From contig CAKONI010000001.1 in NCBI GenBank assembly GCA_934097105.1, forward strand, positions 7,204-71,203: a DNA stretch of 64,000 bases, written 5' to 3'. Shown here piece after piece: positions 1 to 9,797 of this stretch (positions are counted from its first letter, which is position 1; each line of letters opens with the position of its first letter). A model generated the notes under the pieces. The model was not told the origin of the DNA. It saw only the letters and a list, made by a program, of their open reading frames with translations, and searched no databases. The position numbers and the translations under genes are program-made. Source of the stretch: an uncultured Bacilli bacterium (GTDB lineage: Bacteria > Bacillota_I > Bacilli_A > RF39 > UBA660).

Positions 1-1800
1 TGGTTCTAGAATTACTGGTTTACATTTATTCTTTGCTTCTTTTAATGCTAGTGATGCTGCAATTTTGAATGCCATTTCACTAGAGTCTACATCGTGGTAC
101 GAACCATCGTAAAGTGTTGCTTTTACGTCGATCATTGGGAAGCCTGCTAGAACTCCTGTTTTTAGGGCGTCTTGAAGGCCTTTGTCTACTACTGGAATAT
201 ATTCTCTTGGAACTACTCCGCCGACTATTTGATCTACGAATTCATAACCTTTATCGTGATTTGGTTCGAACTTAATCCATACGTGTCCGTATTGTCCACG
301 TCCACCTGATTGTTTTATGTATTTTCCTTCACATTCTCCAGTTTGAGTAAGTGTTTCACGGTAAGCAACTTGTGGTTTACCAACGTTTGCTTCAACGTGG
401 AATTCTCTTCTCATACGGTCTACTAGTACGTCTAAGTGAAGTTCTCCGATACCGGCGATTATTGTTTGTCCTGTTTCAACTTCAGTATGAACTCTGAATG
501 TTGGATCTTCTTCGGCTAATTTTTGAAGTGCTAGAGCCATTTTATCTTGATCTGCTTTTGATTTTGGTTCAATTGCAAGTTCGATAACTGGTTCTGGAAC
601 TTCGATTGATTCTAGAATTATAGGTTTCTTTTCGTCGCATAGTGTGTCTCCGGTTGTTGTGTTTTTAAGTCCTACTGCTGCGGCGATGTCACCTGTATAA
701 ACTTCTGATATTTCTGTTCTATCATTTGCGTGCATTTGAAGAATACGTCCAATTCTTTCTTTTGCACTTTTTGTACTGTTTAGTACATAAGAACCACTTG
801 TTAGTTTTCCTGAGTATACTCTAAAGAATGTAAGACGTCCAACGAATGGGTCTGTCATTACTTTGAATGCTAAGGCACTAAATGGTTCAGTGTCTGATAC
901 TTTTCTTTCGTCTTCTTCACCTTTTGAGTTTGTACCTTTTACTGCAGGTATGTCCATTGGTGATGGTAGATAATCTATAACAGCGTCAAGTAAAAGTTTT
1001 ACACCTTTGTTTCCTAAAGCAGTACCACACATGAATGGGAAGAATTCTGCTTTTAGAACTCCAGTTCTTATTGCTTTTTTGATCATTTCTTCTGATATTT
1101 CTTCACCTTCAAGGTATTTTTCCATTAATTCATCATCGAATTCTGCGACTGCTTCGATCATTATTGTTCTGTATTCTTCTACTTTGTCTTTAATATCTTC
1201 TGGAATTTCTATTTCTGTTGGATTTTCTTCTGCTCCTCCATCATAATGATATGCTTTTAAAGTTATAAGATCTATTATTCCATCGAATTCACTTTCTGCT
1301 CCGATTGGAAGTTCTATTGCTGCAGTGTTTGCGCCAAGTCTATCTTTAACGCTTTGTAAACTCATATAGAAATCTGCCCCTAGTTTATCCATTTTATTTG
1401 AGAATATTATTCTAGGTACGTGATATTCGTTTGCTTGTCTCCATACTGTTTCGCTTTGTGGTTCTACTCCAGCATTTGAATCTAATAATAGTACAGCACC
1501 ATCTAGTACTCTTAGACTACGTTGTACTTCTACTGTGAAGTCTACGTGTCCTGGTGTATCGATGATGTTATATCTATATCCTTTCCAGAATGCTGTTGTT
1601 GCTGCACTTGTTATTGTAATACCACGTTCTTTTTCTTGTTCCATCCAGTCCATTTGAGAAGCACCGTCGTGGGTTTCACCAATTTTGTGGATTTTTTTTG
1701 TATGGAATAAAATACGTTCTGTTGCTGTTGTTTTTCCGGCATCTATGTGAGCCATAATTCCTATATTTCTTGTTTTTTCTAAACTAGTTTGTCTTGCCAT
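1..1800 (-). CDS. fusA: Elongation factor G (N-terminal ~600 aa; 3' end beyond window start)
   Basis: Minus-strand translation from the ATG at 1798-1800 reads [63 protein letters not shown], showing the EF-G G-domain motifs AHIDAGKTT and DGAS..MDWM. The reading frame stays open to position 1, which is why it is absent from the ORF track. It lies 15 bp downstream of rpsG, as in the str operon. Confidence 0.9.
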   Translation of the reverse strand, partial: MARQTSLEKTRNIGIMAHIDAGKTTATERILFHTKKIHKIGETHDGASQMDWMEQEKERGITITSAATTAFWKGYRYNIIDTPGHVDFTVEVQRSLRVLDGAVLLLDSNAGVEPQSETVWRQANEYHVPRIIFSNKMDKLGADFYMSLQSVKDRLGANTAAIELPIGAESEFDGIIDLITLKAYHYDGGAEENPTEIEIPEDIKDKVEEYRTIMIEAVAEFDDELMEKYLEGEEISEEMIKKAIRTGVLKAEFFPFMCGTALGNKGVKLLLDAVIDYLPSPMDIPAVKGTNSKGEEDERKVSDTEPFSALAFKVMTDPFVGRLTFFRVYSGKLTSGSYVLNSTKSAKERIGRILQMHANDRTEISEVYTGDIAAAVGLKNTTTGDTLCDEKKPIILESIEVPEPVIELAIEPKSKADQDKMALALQKLAEEDPTFRVHTEVETGQTIIAGIGELHLDVLVDRMRREFHVEANVGKPQVAYRETLTQTGECEGKYIKQSGGRGQYGHVWIKFEPNHDKGYEFVDQIVGGVVPREYIPVVDKGLQDALKTGVLAGFPMIDVKATLYDGSYHDVDSSEMAFKIAASLALKEAKNKCKPVILEP

Positions 1801-1815
1801 ATTTTATTTCCTTTC

Positions 1816-2283
1816 TTACCATTTATAATGAGCGAATGCTTTGTTTGCTTCGGCCATTCTATGTGTATCTTCACGTTTTTTTACTGCTGCACCTGTATTG
1901 TTTGATGCATCAATTATTTCGTTTGCTAAATTTTCAGCCATACTATGACCTCCACGTAATCTAGCATAATTTATTAACCATCTAAGTCCTAATGTTTGGG
2001 CTCTTTCTGTAGAAACTTCGATTGGTACTTGATAGTTTGAACCACCAACACGACGAGATTTAACTTCTAGTGCTGGTTTTATGTTTTCAAGTGCCTTATT
2101 AAATACTTCAATTGGATCGTTTCCAGTTTTTTCTTTAATTGTTTCAAAGGCATTATAAAGAATTTTTTGAGCTTTTCCTTTTTTACCATCTACCATCATT
2201 GAGTTTACTAATTTTGTAATTACTTTTGAGTTATATATAGGATCTGGTAAAACGTCTCTTTTTGTTGCTCTTCTTTTACGCAC
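1816..2283 (-). CDS. rpsG: 30S ribosomal protein S7
   Basis: 155 aa beginning [27 protein letters not shown] and ending ...[10 protein letters not shown], the canonical S7 sequence. It sits between rpsL and fusA. Confidence 0.95.
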   Translation of the reverse strand: MRKRRATKRDVLPDPIYNSKVITKLVNSMMVDGKKGKAQKILYNAFETIKEKTGNDPIEVFNKALENIKPALEVKSRRVGGSNYQVPIEVSTERAQTLGLRWLINYARLRGGHSMAENLANEIIDASNNTGAAVKKREDTHRMAEANKAFAHYKW

Positions 2284-2330
2284 TTTGTTTTCCTCCTTTA
2301 CTAAATTTATTTTTTTATTTTGTTCTTATT

Positions 2331-2741
2331 TTATTTTTCTTTTTTTGTTCCGTATTTTGAACGTGCTTTTTTACGATCTTTTACACCTTGTGTGTCCATT
2401 GTTCCACGTATAATGTGATAACGTACACCGATTAGGTCTTTTACACGACCGCCACGAATTAATACTACGCTGTGTTCTTGAAGATTGTGTCCTTCACCAG
2501 GAATGTAAGCATCTACTTCTTTTCCGTTTGACAATCTAACACGTGCATATTTTCTTAATGCTGAGTTTGGTTTTTTTGGTGTTTTTGTTCCAACACGTAC
2601 GCATACTCCACGTTTTTGTGATGATGGTGCGCTTGTCATTTTCTTTTGTAGTGTGTTCATTCTCATACCTAGTACTGGTGATTTTGATTTTCTTGTTTTG
2701 TCTTTTCTGTTTTTTCTTACTAATTGGTTTATTGTTGGCAT
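2331..2741 (-). CDS. rpsL: 30S ribosomal protein S12
   Basis: 136 aa beginning [25 protein letters not shown] and containing ...[29 protein letters not shown], the canonical S12 sequence. Confidence 0.95.
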   Translation of the reverse strand: MPTINQLVRKNRKDKTRKSKSPVLGMRMNTLQKKMTSAPSSQKRGVCVRVGTKTPKKPNSALRKYARVRLSNGKEVDAYIPGEGHNLQEHSVVLIRGGRVKDLIGVRYHIIRGTMDTQGVKDRKKARSKYGTKKEK

Positions 2742-2834
2742 AACTTCTCCTTCCTATACACATATCCAGGTGTATCATTTTCTTTAATTTTTATTAGGTT
2801 TACCTAGTAAACCCAATGCAAATTCAACGATAGT

Positions 2835-2863
2835 AATATATCATTTTGACTTATTTTTGTCAA
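2835..2863 (-). promoter_or_regulatory. Candidate sigma-A promoter of the rpsL-rpsG-fusA operon
   Basis: The minus strand reads TTGACA, then the 17-nt spacer AAAATAAGTCAAAATGA, then TATATT, about 95 nt upstream of the rpsL ATG. The call is by eye only. Confidence 0.4.
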
Positions 2864-2913
2864 TATTTTTTGTTAAATTTGTTTATATTTTATAATATGC
2901 TTATTTTTTATTT

Positions 2914-3324
2914 TTATCTATGCATATCAGATACTATCTCTTCTTTTGGATTTTTCATGAATTTGTTGTAGCCTTGAAGTGATAGTTCTAGTTCTTCTAG
3001 TTTTTTTTCTAAGCCTTTTTCTTCTTTTCCTTCTTTGAAACAATAGTCTGCAAAGTCTGATAGGAAGTTTATTTTGTGAAATGTTTCTCTATAGTCTTCG
3101 GCGCATTCTGCGTCTCCTGTTATCATGGATAAGAAGTGTCCTGCTTGAAAGCATATTTTCTTTATTTCTTCTTTTTTATGCTCTTTCATTAGCCTTTCTA
3201 TGTCTAGATATTTTTCGTCATTTTTTTCTATGGTGTATTTGTCAAAAATTTCCTCTTTATTTAAATGACTTATAATTTCTGGTATTTTGTATTCATTTCC
3301 TTTTATTATTACTTTGTATTCCAT
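2914..3324 (-). CDS. Hypothetical acidic/basic 136-aa protein
   Basis: Clean ORF on the dominant coding strand immediately upstream of the str promoter. No family recognised. Confidence 0.45.
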   Translation of the reverse strand: MEYKVIIKGNEYKIPEIISHLNKEEIFDKYTIEKNDEKYLDIERLMKEHKKEEIKKICFQAGHFLSMITGDAECAEDYRETFHKINFLSDFADYCFKEGKEEKGLEKKLEELELSLQGYNKFMKNPKEEIVSDMHR

Positions 3325-3412
3325 AATTTTATCCTCCTTTTTTCTATTATAACACTTTTTCTTTACTTTTTGTTTTTTTTGATGTATTATATTCTTAATT
3401 TTGGAGGATATT

Positions 3413-4267
3413 ATGCTAAAAAAGAGAATATTTTATAAGGATTTAGTGGGTTATGATAAGAAGATATTTGATTTAGATAGGTCTTCTTATAATGTTGGGG
3501 TGCCTTCGCGTGCTTTTGAATCTATAGTTGATGGTGATTGTAACTCTTTAAATAATAAAGATTCTAGGACTTATTTTTCTATTTTGAGAAGACTTGTTAA
3601 GGAAACTAAGTGTGATAAAAGTGATCTTGTTCTTTCTTTTTTCGATAGATTTTTATTTGCAACGGATTATTGTGATACTTGTTTTGATAAAAATGGTTTT
3701 GAGGCAAGTCTTGAAAACGATGATTTTTTGTATAATTCTAAGTTTACTATTGAGGATTGTCGCGTTTCTTCTTCGGTTAAATTTGGAGATGAAATTACTT
3801 CGGATATTTGTTTTTATAGAAATTTGGATGGGTTTTTGGTTACTTCTAATGATTCTAGGGTTAATGCTTTGAAGTTAGTTGATTCTTCTGGTGTGAATAG
3901 ATTTACTTTAAGTGAAGAGTTTCATTATCTTGATTATGATAAGAATTTCATGCAAGTTGCTAGAGGGGATATTACTTGCAGGGAACGCTTTTCTACTTGT
4001 AAGGATGGAAGTAAGGATAAAATTTATTCTAGTAGTAAGGATTCTACTTATTTTTGGAGACAGAGTGGTTTTATTCTAAAGAAACGTATTTCGGAGGATT
4101 CTCAAGTTGATTATTTTATTGGTCTAGATGATTTTGATAAAGAAATTGATGTTAATACTTTGTTTTATCATGTTGATCGTGAACATGTTAATTTGTTTTT
4201 TAATAAAGAGATTGATACTCAAGAACTTTGGAATTTGACTAATAAAGGTTTTTCTAGAAAGAAGTAA
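3413..4267 (+). CDS. Hypothetical Cys-rich cytoplasmic protein (~284 aa)
   Basis: Long ORF on the minority strand in a genome where random ORFs are short. GGAGGA lies 4 nt before the ATG at 3413; the ORF-track start at 3401 is a TTG. The product has 10 or more Cys and no signal peptide or TM segment. No family recognised. Confidence 0.5.
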   Translation: MLKKRIFYKDLVGYDKKIFDLDRSSYNVGVPSRAFESIVDGDCNSLNNKDSRTYFSILRRLVKETKCDKSDLVLSFFDRFLFATDYCDTCFDKNGFEASLENDDFLYNSKFTIEDCRVSSSVKFGDEITSDICFYRNLDGFLVTSNDSRVNALKLVDSSGVNRFTLSEEFHYLDYDKNFMQVARGDITCRERFSTCKDGSKDKIYSSSKDSTYFWRQSGFILKKRISEDSQVDYFIGLDDFDKEIDVNTLFYHVDREHVNLFFNKEIDTQELWNLTNKGFSRKK

Positions 4268-4282
4268 TTTTTGGAGGTTATG

Positions 4283-5155
4283 ATGGAAAATAGTAAGTAT
4301 AAATCAAATTATGAAAAGTTTAGCAAGTACTCTGATAATTGTATGGGGATTTTGGATGGTTCTAGTTTTTTTGATAAGAATGATGTTGTTTCCACTACTA
4401 GAAATGGTCATCCTGGTATTTGCTCTTTTGATAAGAGACTAGTATGTTTAAAGAAAAGTGATTCTATTTTGGATAGTGCTTTTTTTGAAAAGTTTTATAG
4501 AGCATTTTCATATGTTTGTAATTATGGAAAGGTGGATTCTATTCGTGGGAATAAGTTTAGTGGTTTTGTTTATGATAGAAATAAAATGAAGTATTATCTT
4601 TGGATTACTATTAATAATGATGGGATTGTTTTTAATTCTCAATGCTTTGATACTAAATCTAATGAGGTTTTAAATTTATGTGGAACCTATGAAAATCTTG
4701 ATGATAAGTGTAGTTATAATGTTGAGTATGATTTAAATTATAATGTTGATAAGGATATTTATTCTCATAATATTATGACTTTGGTTTCTAATGGTTATGA
4801 GGTTTCTAGTTTAGAACACAATTCTTTTAAGAACTTTTTTGATGATTCTTATTCAGGTGCTCCTTGTATTTCTTTGACTGTAGAGGAAAATCAAAGGGTA
4901 AGGGATTGTAATTATGTTATTGAAAATAGGAGTTCTAAGGTTGATGTTTCTAATAAGGATGGATTTTTGATTAAGAGTTCTAATGATTCTGGGACTTTTA
5001 TTGGTATGATTGATAAGGAGAGTCCTACTTCTTTAAAGTCTTCTCAGTGTTATTTGGTTGATAAGGAGATTTTTGATTGTTATTTGAATGGTAATTCTGA
5101 TGCTTTAGATATTTATAATCGTGGTAAGGAAAATAAAAGAATGCTTACTTTATAG
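4283..5155 (+). CDS. Hypothetical Cys-rich cytoplasmic protein (~290 aa)
   Basis: Starts 16 bp after the stop of the previous gene. GGAGG precedes the ATG pair at 4280/4283. Cys-rich and N/D/S-rich, with no TM segment. It ends at a bidirectional terminator shared with valS. Confidence 0.5.
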   Translation: MENSKYKSNYEKFSKYSDNCMGILDGSSFFDKNDVVSTTRNGHPGICSFDKRLVCLKKSDSILDSAFFEKFYRAFSYVCNYGKVDSIRGNKFSGFVYDRNKMKYYLWITINNDGIVFNSQCFDTKSNEVLNLCGTYENLDDKCSYNVEYDLNYNVDKDIYSHNIMTLVSNGYEVSSLEHNSFKNFFDDSYSGAPCISLTVEENQRVRDCNYVIENRSSKVDVSNKDGFLIKSSNDSGTFIGMIDKESPTSLKSSQCYLVDKEIFDCYLNGNSDALDIYNRGKENKRMLTL

Positions 5156-5161
5156 AATTTT

Positions 5162-5210
5162 AAAAAAAGATAAACTCGTGTTTTAGTTCTAACTTGAGTT
5201 TATCTTTTTT
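5162..5210. terminator. Bidirectional rho-independent terminator (valS / plus-strand Cys-rich pair)
   Basis: A 10-bp perfect stem, AGATAAACTC (5168-5177) pairing with GAGTTTATCT (5196-5205), is flanked by an A-run on the left and a T-run on the right. The stop codons of the converging genes are at 5153-5155 and 5209-5211. Confidence 0.55.
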
Positions 5211-7734
5211 ATATTTGAGTTTCTAGGTGTTTTAGTTTTTCTTCTTCTTCTTTTAGTTTTTGTCTATCTAAATCTACTACATTTTTTGGTGCTTTGTTTG
5301 TGTAGTTTTCGTTTGATAATAGTTTTTTTCTTTTTTCTATCGATTGTTTTAGGTTTTCTATTTCTTTTATTAACAATTCTTTGTTAATTTCTTTTCCTTT
5401 TTGATAGAATGTTATGTCTATTATGTTTGATTTGTAGTTGTATGCTTTGATGTTTTCGTCTTTTGGGATTTCTGTTTCTTTTAGTTTTAGGGCAAAGGTG
5501 TAGATTTTTTTATATTTACTTTCTATTTGTACTTGTGCATCTTTTGTTATTTCGTTTACTACTTTTAGATTTCTTATGTTTGTTATGTCTTCGATTATTT
5601 TGTCTATTAGTTCTTCTTCTTTTGTGTAGATTTTGTTTTTATCGTAAACTGGATATTTACTTATCATTATGCTTTCTTCTTGAAGTGGTAATTTTTGATA
5701 TATTTCTTCAGTAACGTATGGCATGAATGGATGTAACATTTTTAATATGTTTGTTAGTACTTCTAGGAGTACTGTTTTTGTTGAATTCTCTTGTAATGAG
5801 TTTTTTGATAGTTCTATGAAGTTGTCGCAGAAGTCTTCCCATATGTGTTTGTATAGGGCTCCGCCGGCATTGTTGAATTCGTATTTTTCCATGTTTTCTG
5901 TTACTTCTTTTATTGTTTTATTTGATTTTGTAAGTATCCATTTGTCTATTTCTGATAGGCTTTCTAAGTTATAATCTTCTTTTTTGAAGTCTTCTAGGTT
6001 CATAAGTACGAATCTTGAGGCGTTCCATAGTTTGTTGATGAAGTTCCATGTTGATTTTACTTTTTCTTCGTCATATCTTAAGTCCATTCCTGGGGCGGTG
6101 TTTGTTGTTAGGAAATATCTTAGGGCGTCTGCGCCATATTTTTCTATTACGTCCATTGGATCTACACCGTTTCCTAGTGATTTTGACATTTTTCTTCCTT
6201 GTTTGTCTCTTATTAGACCGTGGATTAGGCAGTCTTTGAATGGTCTTTGATTTGTGAAGTGTAGGCCTTGAAATGCCATTCTGTTTACCCAAAATGGTAT
6301 TATGTCGTATCCTGTTACTAGGACGTTATTTGGATAATATCTTTCTAGATCTTTTGTTTTTTGTGGCCAGCCTAGGGTTGAGAATGGCCAAAGTGCTGAG
6401 GAGAACCATGTGTCTAGTACGTCTTCGTCTTGTTTCCAGCCTTCTCCTTCTGGTTTTTTTGTTCCAACATAAATTTCATCATCTTTGTACCATGCTGGAA
6501 TTCTGTGTCCCCACCAAAGTTGTCTTGAGATGCACCAGTCGTATGTTATTTCCATCCAGTGGTTCATTGTTTTTTCATATTGTTTTGGTACGAAGTTTAC
6601 TTTTTTGTCTTTGTTTTTTTGGTTTTCTAGGACCTTGTCTGCTAAAGGACGCATTTTTACGAACCATTGTTTTGAAAGGTAAGGTTCTACCATTACTCCG
6701 GTTCTTTCTGAGTGTCCTACGTTGTGAGTTATTTCTTCTATTTTTATTAGGAGATTTTGCTCTTTTAAATCTTTTACTATTTCTTCTCTTGCTTTAAATC
6801 TATCTAATCCTTGGTATTTTCCGGCTTTTTCGTTCATGCTTCCGTCTGGATTTAGAATATTTATTCTTTCTAGGTTGTGTCTGTTTCCTACTTCGAAGTC
6901 GTTAGGATCGTGGGCTGGGGTAATTTTAACTACTCCGGTTCCAAATGCGGGATCGGCGTGTTCGTCGCTTATTATTGGTATTTTTTTGTTTACTAGTGGT
7001 AGTATTACGTTTCTACCTATATATTTTTTGTATCTTTCATCGTCTTTATTTACTGCGATGGCAGTATCTCCGAGTAGGGTTTCTGGTCTTGTTGTTGCGA
7101 CTTCTAGATATTTGTCTTCATCTTCTAGATAGTATTTTATGTGATAGAATGCTCCTTTTGTTTCTTTATATATTACTTCTTCGTTTGATAGAGCGGTTTT
7201 GGCTTCGGGGTCCCAGTTTATTATTTTTTCTCCTCGGTAGATTAGTCCTTCTTCATATAGTTTTATGAATACGTATTCTACTGCTTCGGATAGGCCTTTG
7301 TCTAGTGTGAATCTTTCTTTTTGATAGTCTAGTGATAGTCCTAGTTTTGACCACTGATTTCTTATGTTTTCTGCATATTCTTCTTTCCATTCCCAGGCTT
7401 TTTCTAGGAAGCCTTCTCTACCTAGTTCGTATTTGTTTATTCCTTCTTGTTTTAATTTTGCCACTACTTTTGCTTCGGTTGCTATGGCAGCGTGATCCAT
7501 TCCTGGTAGCCAGAGAGCGTCGAATCCTTGCATTCTTTTGTATCTTATTATTATGTCTTGGATGCTTGTGTCCCAGGCGTGACCTAGATGTAATTTTCCT
7601 GTTACGTTTGGTGGTGGTATTACTATACAGAATGGTTCTTTGGTTAAGTCTCCACTTTTAAAGTAGTCTTTTTCTAACCATGTTTTGTATTTGTTTTCTT
7701 CTACTTGTTTGTGATTATATTTTTTATCTAACAT
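5209..7734 (-). CDS. valS: Valine--tRNA ligase
   Basis: 841 aa with the class I HIGH-type motif ([13 protein letters not shown]) and KMSKS ([13 protein letters not shown]), plus a C-terminal coiled-coil. It is preceded by a T-box leader. Confidence 0.95.
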   Translation of the reverse strand: MLDKKYNHKQVEENKYKTWLEKDYFKSGDLTKEPFCIVIPPPNVTGKLHLGHAWDTSIQDIIIRYKRMQGFDALWLPGMDHAAIATEAKVVAKLKQEGINKYELGREGFLEKAWEWKEEYAENIRNQWSKLGLSLDYQKERFTLDKGLSEAVEYVFIKLYEEGLIYRGEKIINWDPEAKTALSNEEVIYKETKGAFYHIKYYLEDEDKYLEVATTRPETLLGDTAIAVNKDDERYKKYIGRNVILPLVNKKIPIISDEHADPAFGTGVVKITPAHDPNDFEVGNRHNLERINILNPDGSMNEKAGKYQGLDRFKAREEIVKDLKEQNLLIKIEEITHNVGHSERTGVMVEPYLSKQWFVKMRPLADKVLENQKNKDKKVNFVPKQYEKTMNHWMEITYDWCISRQLWWGHRIPAWYKDDEIYVGTKKPEGEGWKQDEDVLDTWFSSALWPFSTLGWPQKTKDLERYYPNNVLVTGYDIIPFWVNRMAFQGLHFTNQRPFKDCLIHGLIRDKQGRKMSKSLGNGVDPMDVIEKYGADALRYFLTTNTAPGMDLRYDEEKVKSTWNFINKLWNASRFVLMNLEDFKKEDYNLESLSEIDKWILTKSNKTIKEVTENMEKYEFNNAGGALYKHIWEDFCDNFIELSKNSLQENSTKTVLLEVLTNILKMLHPFMPYVTEEIYQKLPLQEESIMISKYPVYDKNKIYTKEEELIDKIIEDITNIRNLKVVNEITKDAQVQIESKYKKIYTFALKLKETEIPKDENIKAYNYKSNIIDITFYQKGKEINKELLIKEIENLKQSIEKRKKLLSNENYTNKAPKNVVDLDRQKLKEEEEKLKHLETQI

Positions 7735-7741
7735 TTTACCT

Positions 7742-8010
7742 CTCCTTTTTAAAATAAAAAGATAGTACCTAAAGGACGAGTTTTTCCCGTGGTACCACCT
7801 TAATTTGTAATTTTTATTACCTTATTTATTTAACGCATAATTACGTATTATTCTACTTTGTTCGAATAATCAACTCAAAAGCTACATTCAATTACTTTGT
7901 ATATTAGTTTTCACCTTACACTAACTCTCTTTGATACTTGGTAATTTACTCCTCTTTTTCTTTGTCTTTAACTTAATTGATTTGATATGCTTTCTATTTG
8001 TCCTGCGACG
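7742..8010 (-). promoter_or_regulatory. T-box riboswitch leader of valS
   Basis: The minus strand at 7787-7806 reads AATTAAGGTGGTACCACGGG, matching the conserved T-box sequence AAUUAGGGUGGUACCGCGG. A T-run and the AGGAGAGG RBS follow before the valS ATG. Upstream on the minus strand there is an AGAGAG box and a candidate specifier AAGUAAU (GUA, Val). Confidence 0.6.
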
Positions 8011-8089
8011 ATTAATATTATCATTAATATGAGAAAAGCAAATATTAAGAATGCCATCATACTCCAGCCTTTGTTATTTAATTTCATTA

Positions 8090-9007
8090 TTATCCTTCTT
8101 TCATATCTTTGATGCAGGATACTGCTGAAAGTGCTCCATCTGAGGTTGCTGTTACGATTTGGAATACTTCTTTTTTGACAACATCTCCGGCAGCATATAT
8201 TCCTTTTATTGATGTCCTTTTTTGTTCATCTACTATAATATAACCTTTTTCGTCTAAAATATCAAGGTTTTTTAGAAATTTTGTTGCTGGTTCGTATCCT
8301 ATAAATATGAAGCAGGCTTTGGTTTGTAGTGTTTTTGTTTCATTATTTTCTCTTATGGTTACTGATGATAAGATGTCTTCTTCTTTGTTGAAGTTTTCTA
8401 CTTCGGCATTATATATTATTTTGATATTTTTTGTTTTTAGTACTTCATCTATTAGTATTTTGTCTCCGCGAAGGGAATTTTGTCTATTTATGATGGTTAC
8501 GCTTTTACATATTTTTGATAGGTATAGGGATTCTTCTAGGGCACTGTTTCCTGCTCCTACTATGGAGACGTCTTCGTTTTTATAGAGGTTGCCATCGCAT
8601 AGTGAGCAGAAACTTATTCCTTTTCCTTCGAGTGATCTTGAGTTTTCTTTTTCTAGTTTTTTTGGACTTCTTCCTATGGCTAGGATTATTTTTTTTGTCT
8701 TTATTTCTTTTCCGTTTGATAGTTTTATTATTTTATGTTCTTCTTTGTTTTCTATTTCTACTACTTCTGAATAGATTTGCTCTATTTGTAGTTTTGTTAG
8801 TTGTTTGTGTAAGTTGTTTGCTAGTTCTGGGCCTGTAATTTGTACTATTCCTGGGTAGTTTTCTACTGTTGATGTTTTGTTTATTTGACCTCCGGGCATT
8901 TCTTTTTCAATTACGCAGCAGTTTAATTCTGCTCTTTTTACGTAAATTGCGGCGGTTACTCCGGCTGGGCCTGCTCCGATTATGGCTACGTCATAGATTT
9001 CTTTCAC
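8090..9007 (-). CDS. trxB: Thioredoxin-disulfide reductase
   Basis: 305 aa with an N-terminal FAD-binding GAGPAG, the redox-active CSLCDG (CxxC) motif, and a second nucleotide-binding GAGNSA. Confidence 0.9.
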   Translation of the reverse strand: MKEIYDVAIIGAGPAGVTAAIYVKRAELNCCVIEKEMPGGQINKTSTVENYPGIVQITGPELANNLHKQLTKLQIEQIYSEVVEIENKEEHKIIKLSNGKEIKTKKIILAIGRSPKKLEKENSRSLEGKGISFCSLCDGNLYKNEDVSIVGAGNSALEESLYLSKICKSVTIINRQNSLRGDKILIDEVLKTKNIKIIYNAEVENFNKEEDILSSVTIRENNETKTLQTKACFIFIGYEPATKFLKNLDILDEKGYIIVDEQKRTSIKGIYAAGDVVKKEVFQIVTATSDGALSAVSCIKDMKEG

Positions 9008-9788
9008 TTTTTTTCATTCCTTTCTTTTCTTTTTTGTGGTTGTACACTAATAAGAGGATTCCTGCTAGGAATAGAAGTGCTGATATTAATTGTGCTATTT
9101 TTATGTTTCCTAGCATTAGAGAGTCTGTTCTTAGTGATTCGATTATGAATCTTGCTAGTGAATACCAGATGAAATATATTGCTGTTAGGGTTCCTGGTTT
9201 TGTTTTATGTTTTTTTCTTAATATTATTAAGAGGATAAATCCTAAAATGTTCCATATGCTTTCGTATAGGAATGTTGGGTGGTAGTAGGTTCCCTCTATT
9301 TCCATTCCATTTATGATTGTTTTTGGTATGTGCATTTGTTCTAGGGTTTCTTTTGCTGCTTTTATTCCATGGGCTTCTTGGTTGAAGAAGTTGCCCCATC
9401 TTCCTATTGCTTGGGCGATTATTAGTCCTGGGACTGCTAAGTCGAATATTTTTAGGAAGTTTTTTTTGTGTTTTTTACAATAGTATATGAACCAAATTGC
9501 TCCGGATATTATTGCTCCGTGGATTGCTAGGCCTCCGTTCCATATTTCTATTATTTGTATGGGATTTTTTGTGTAATAGCCTAGATTGAAAATTACGTAG
9601 TATAATCTTGCTCCGATTATTCCGAATATTATTCCGTAGAAAATTAGGTTTGTTAGAAATTCTTCTTGATATCCGGCTTTTTTTGCTGATTTTAGAAAAA
9701 TGTATGATCCTGTTAGGATGGCTAAAAACATAATTATTGAATACCAATATATTGAAATTGGACCGATTTCTAGGGCTATTTGGTTCAT
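8991..9788 (-). CDS. lgt: Prolipoprotein diacylglyceryl transferase
   Basis: 265-aa polytopic membrane protein carrying the Lgt signature GRWGNFFNQEAHG. It overlaps the trxB start by 17 nt. Confidence 0.9.
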   Translation of the reverse strand: MNQIALEIGPISIYWYSIIMFLAILTGSYIFLKSAKKAGYQEEFLTNLIFYGIIFGIIGARLYYVIFNLGYYTKNPIQIIEIWNGGLAIHGAIISGAIWFIYYCKKHKKNFLKIFDLAVPGLIIAQAIGRWGNFFNQEAHGIKAAKETLEQMHIPKTIINGMEIEGTYYHPTFLYESIWNILGFILLIILRKKHKTKPGTLTAIYFIWYSLARFIIESLRTDSLMLGNIKIAQLISALLFLAGILLLVYNHKKEKKGMKKSERNL

Positions 9789-9797
9789 GGTTCCTCC

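Noticed and set aside
3401-4282. ORF-track starts at 3401 and 4271
   Set aside because: Both are TTG codons placed inside or against the GGAGG Shine-Dalgarno. The ATG codons at 3413 and 4280/4283 have proper SD spacing and were used instead.
5463-7661. Series of plus-strand ORFs (5463-5714, 5984-6250, 6273-6797, 6836-7132, 6945-7268, 7332-7661) with Leu/Phe/Cys-rich products
   Set aside because: They lie antisense inside valS. Their composition follows from the T/G-rich plus strand, and they have no RBS. The same pattern recurs inside uvrA, uvrB, dnaB, the P-type ATPase and others (e.g. 10889-11308, 16382-17011, 53567-54277, 58992-59522). These are shadow ORFs.
7968-8087. 39-aa hydrophobic minus-strand ORF (MKLNNKGWSMMAFLIFAFLILMIILIVAGQIESISNQLS) abutting the trxB stop
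   Set aside because: It overlaps the region that must hold the valS T-box leader (stem I/specifier) and its promoter. There is no convincing RBS, and it is shorter than the ORF-track cutoff. Probably spurious, though a tiny membrane peptide cannot be excluded.
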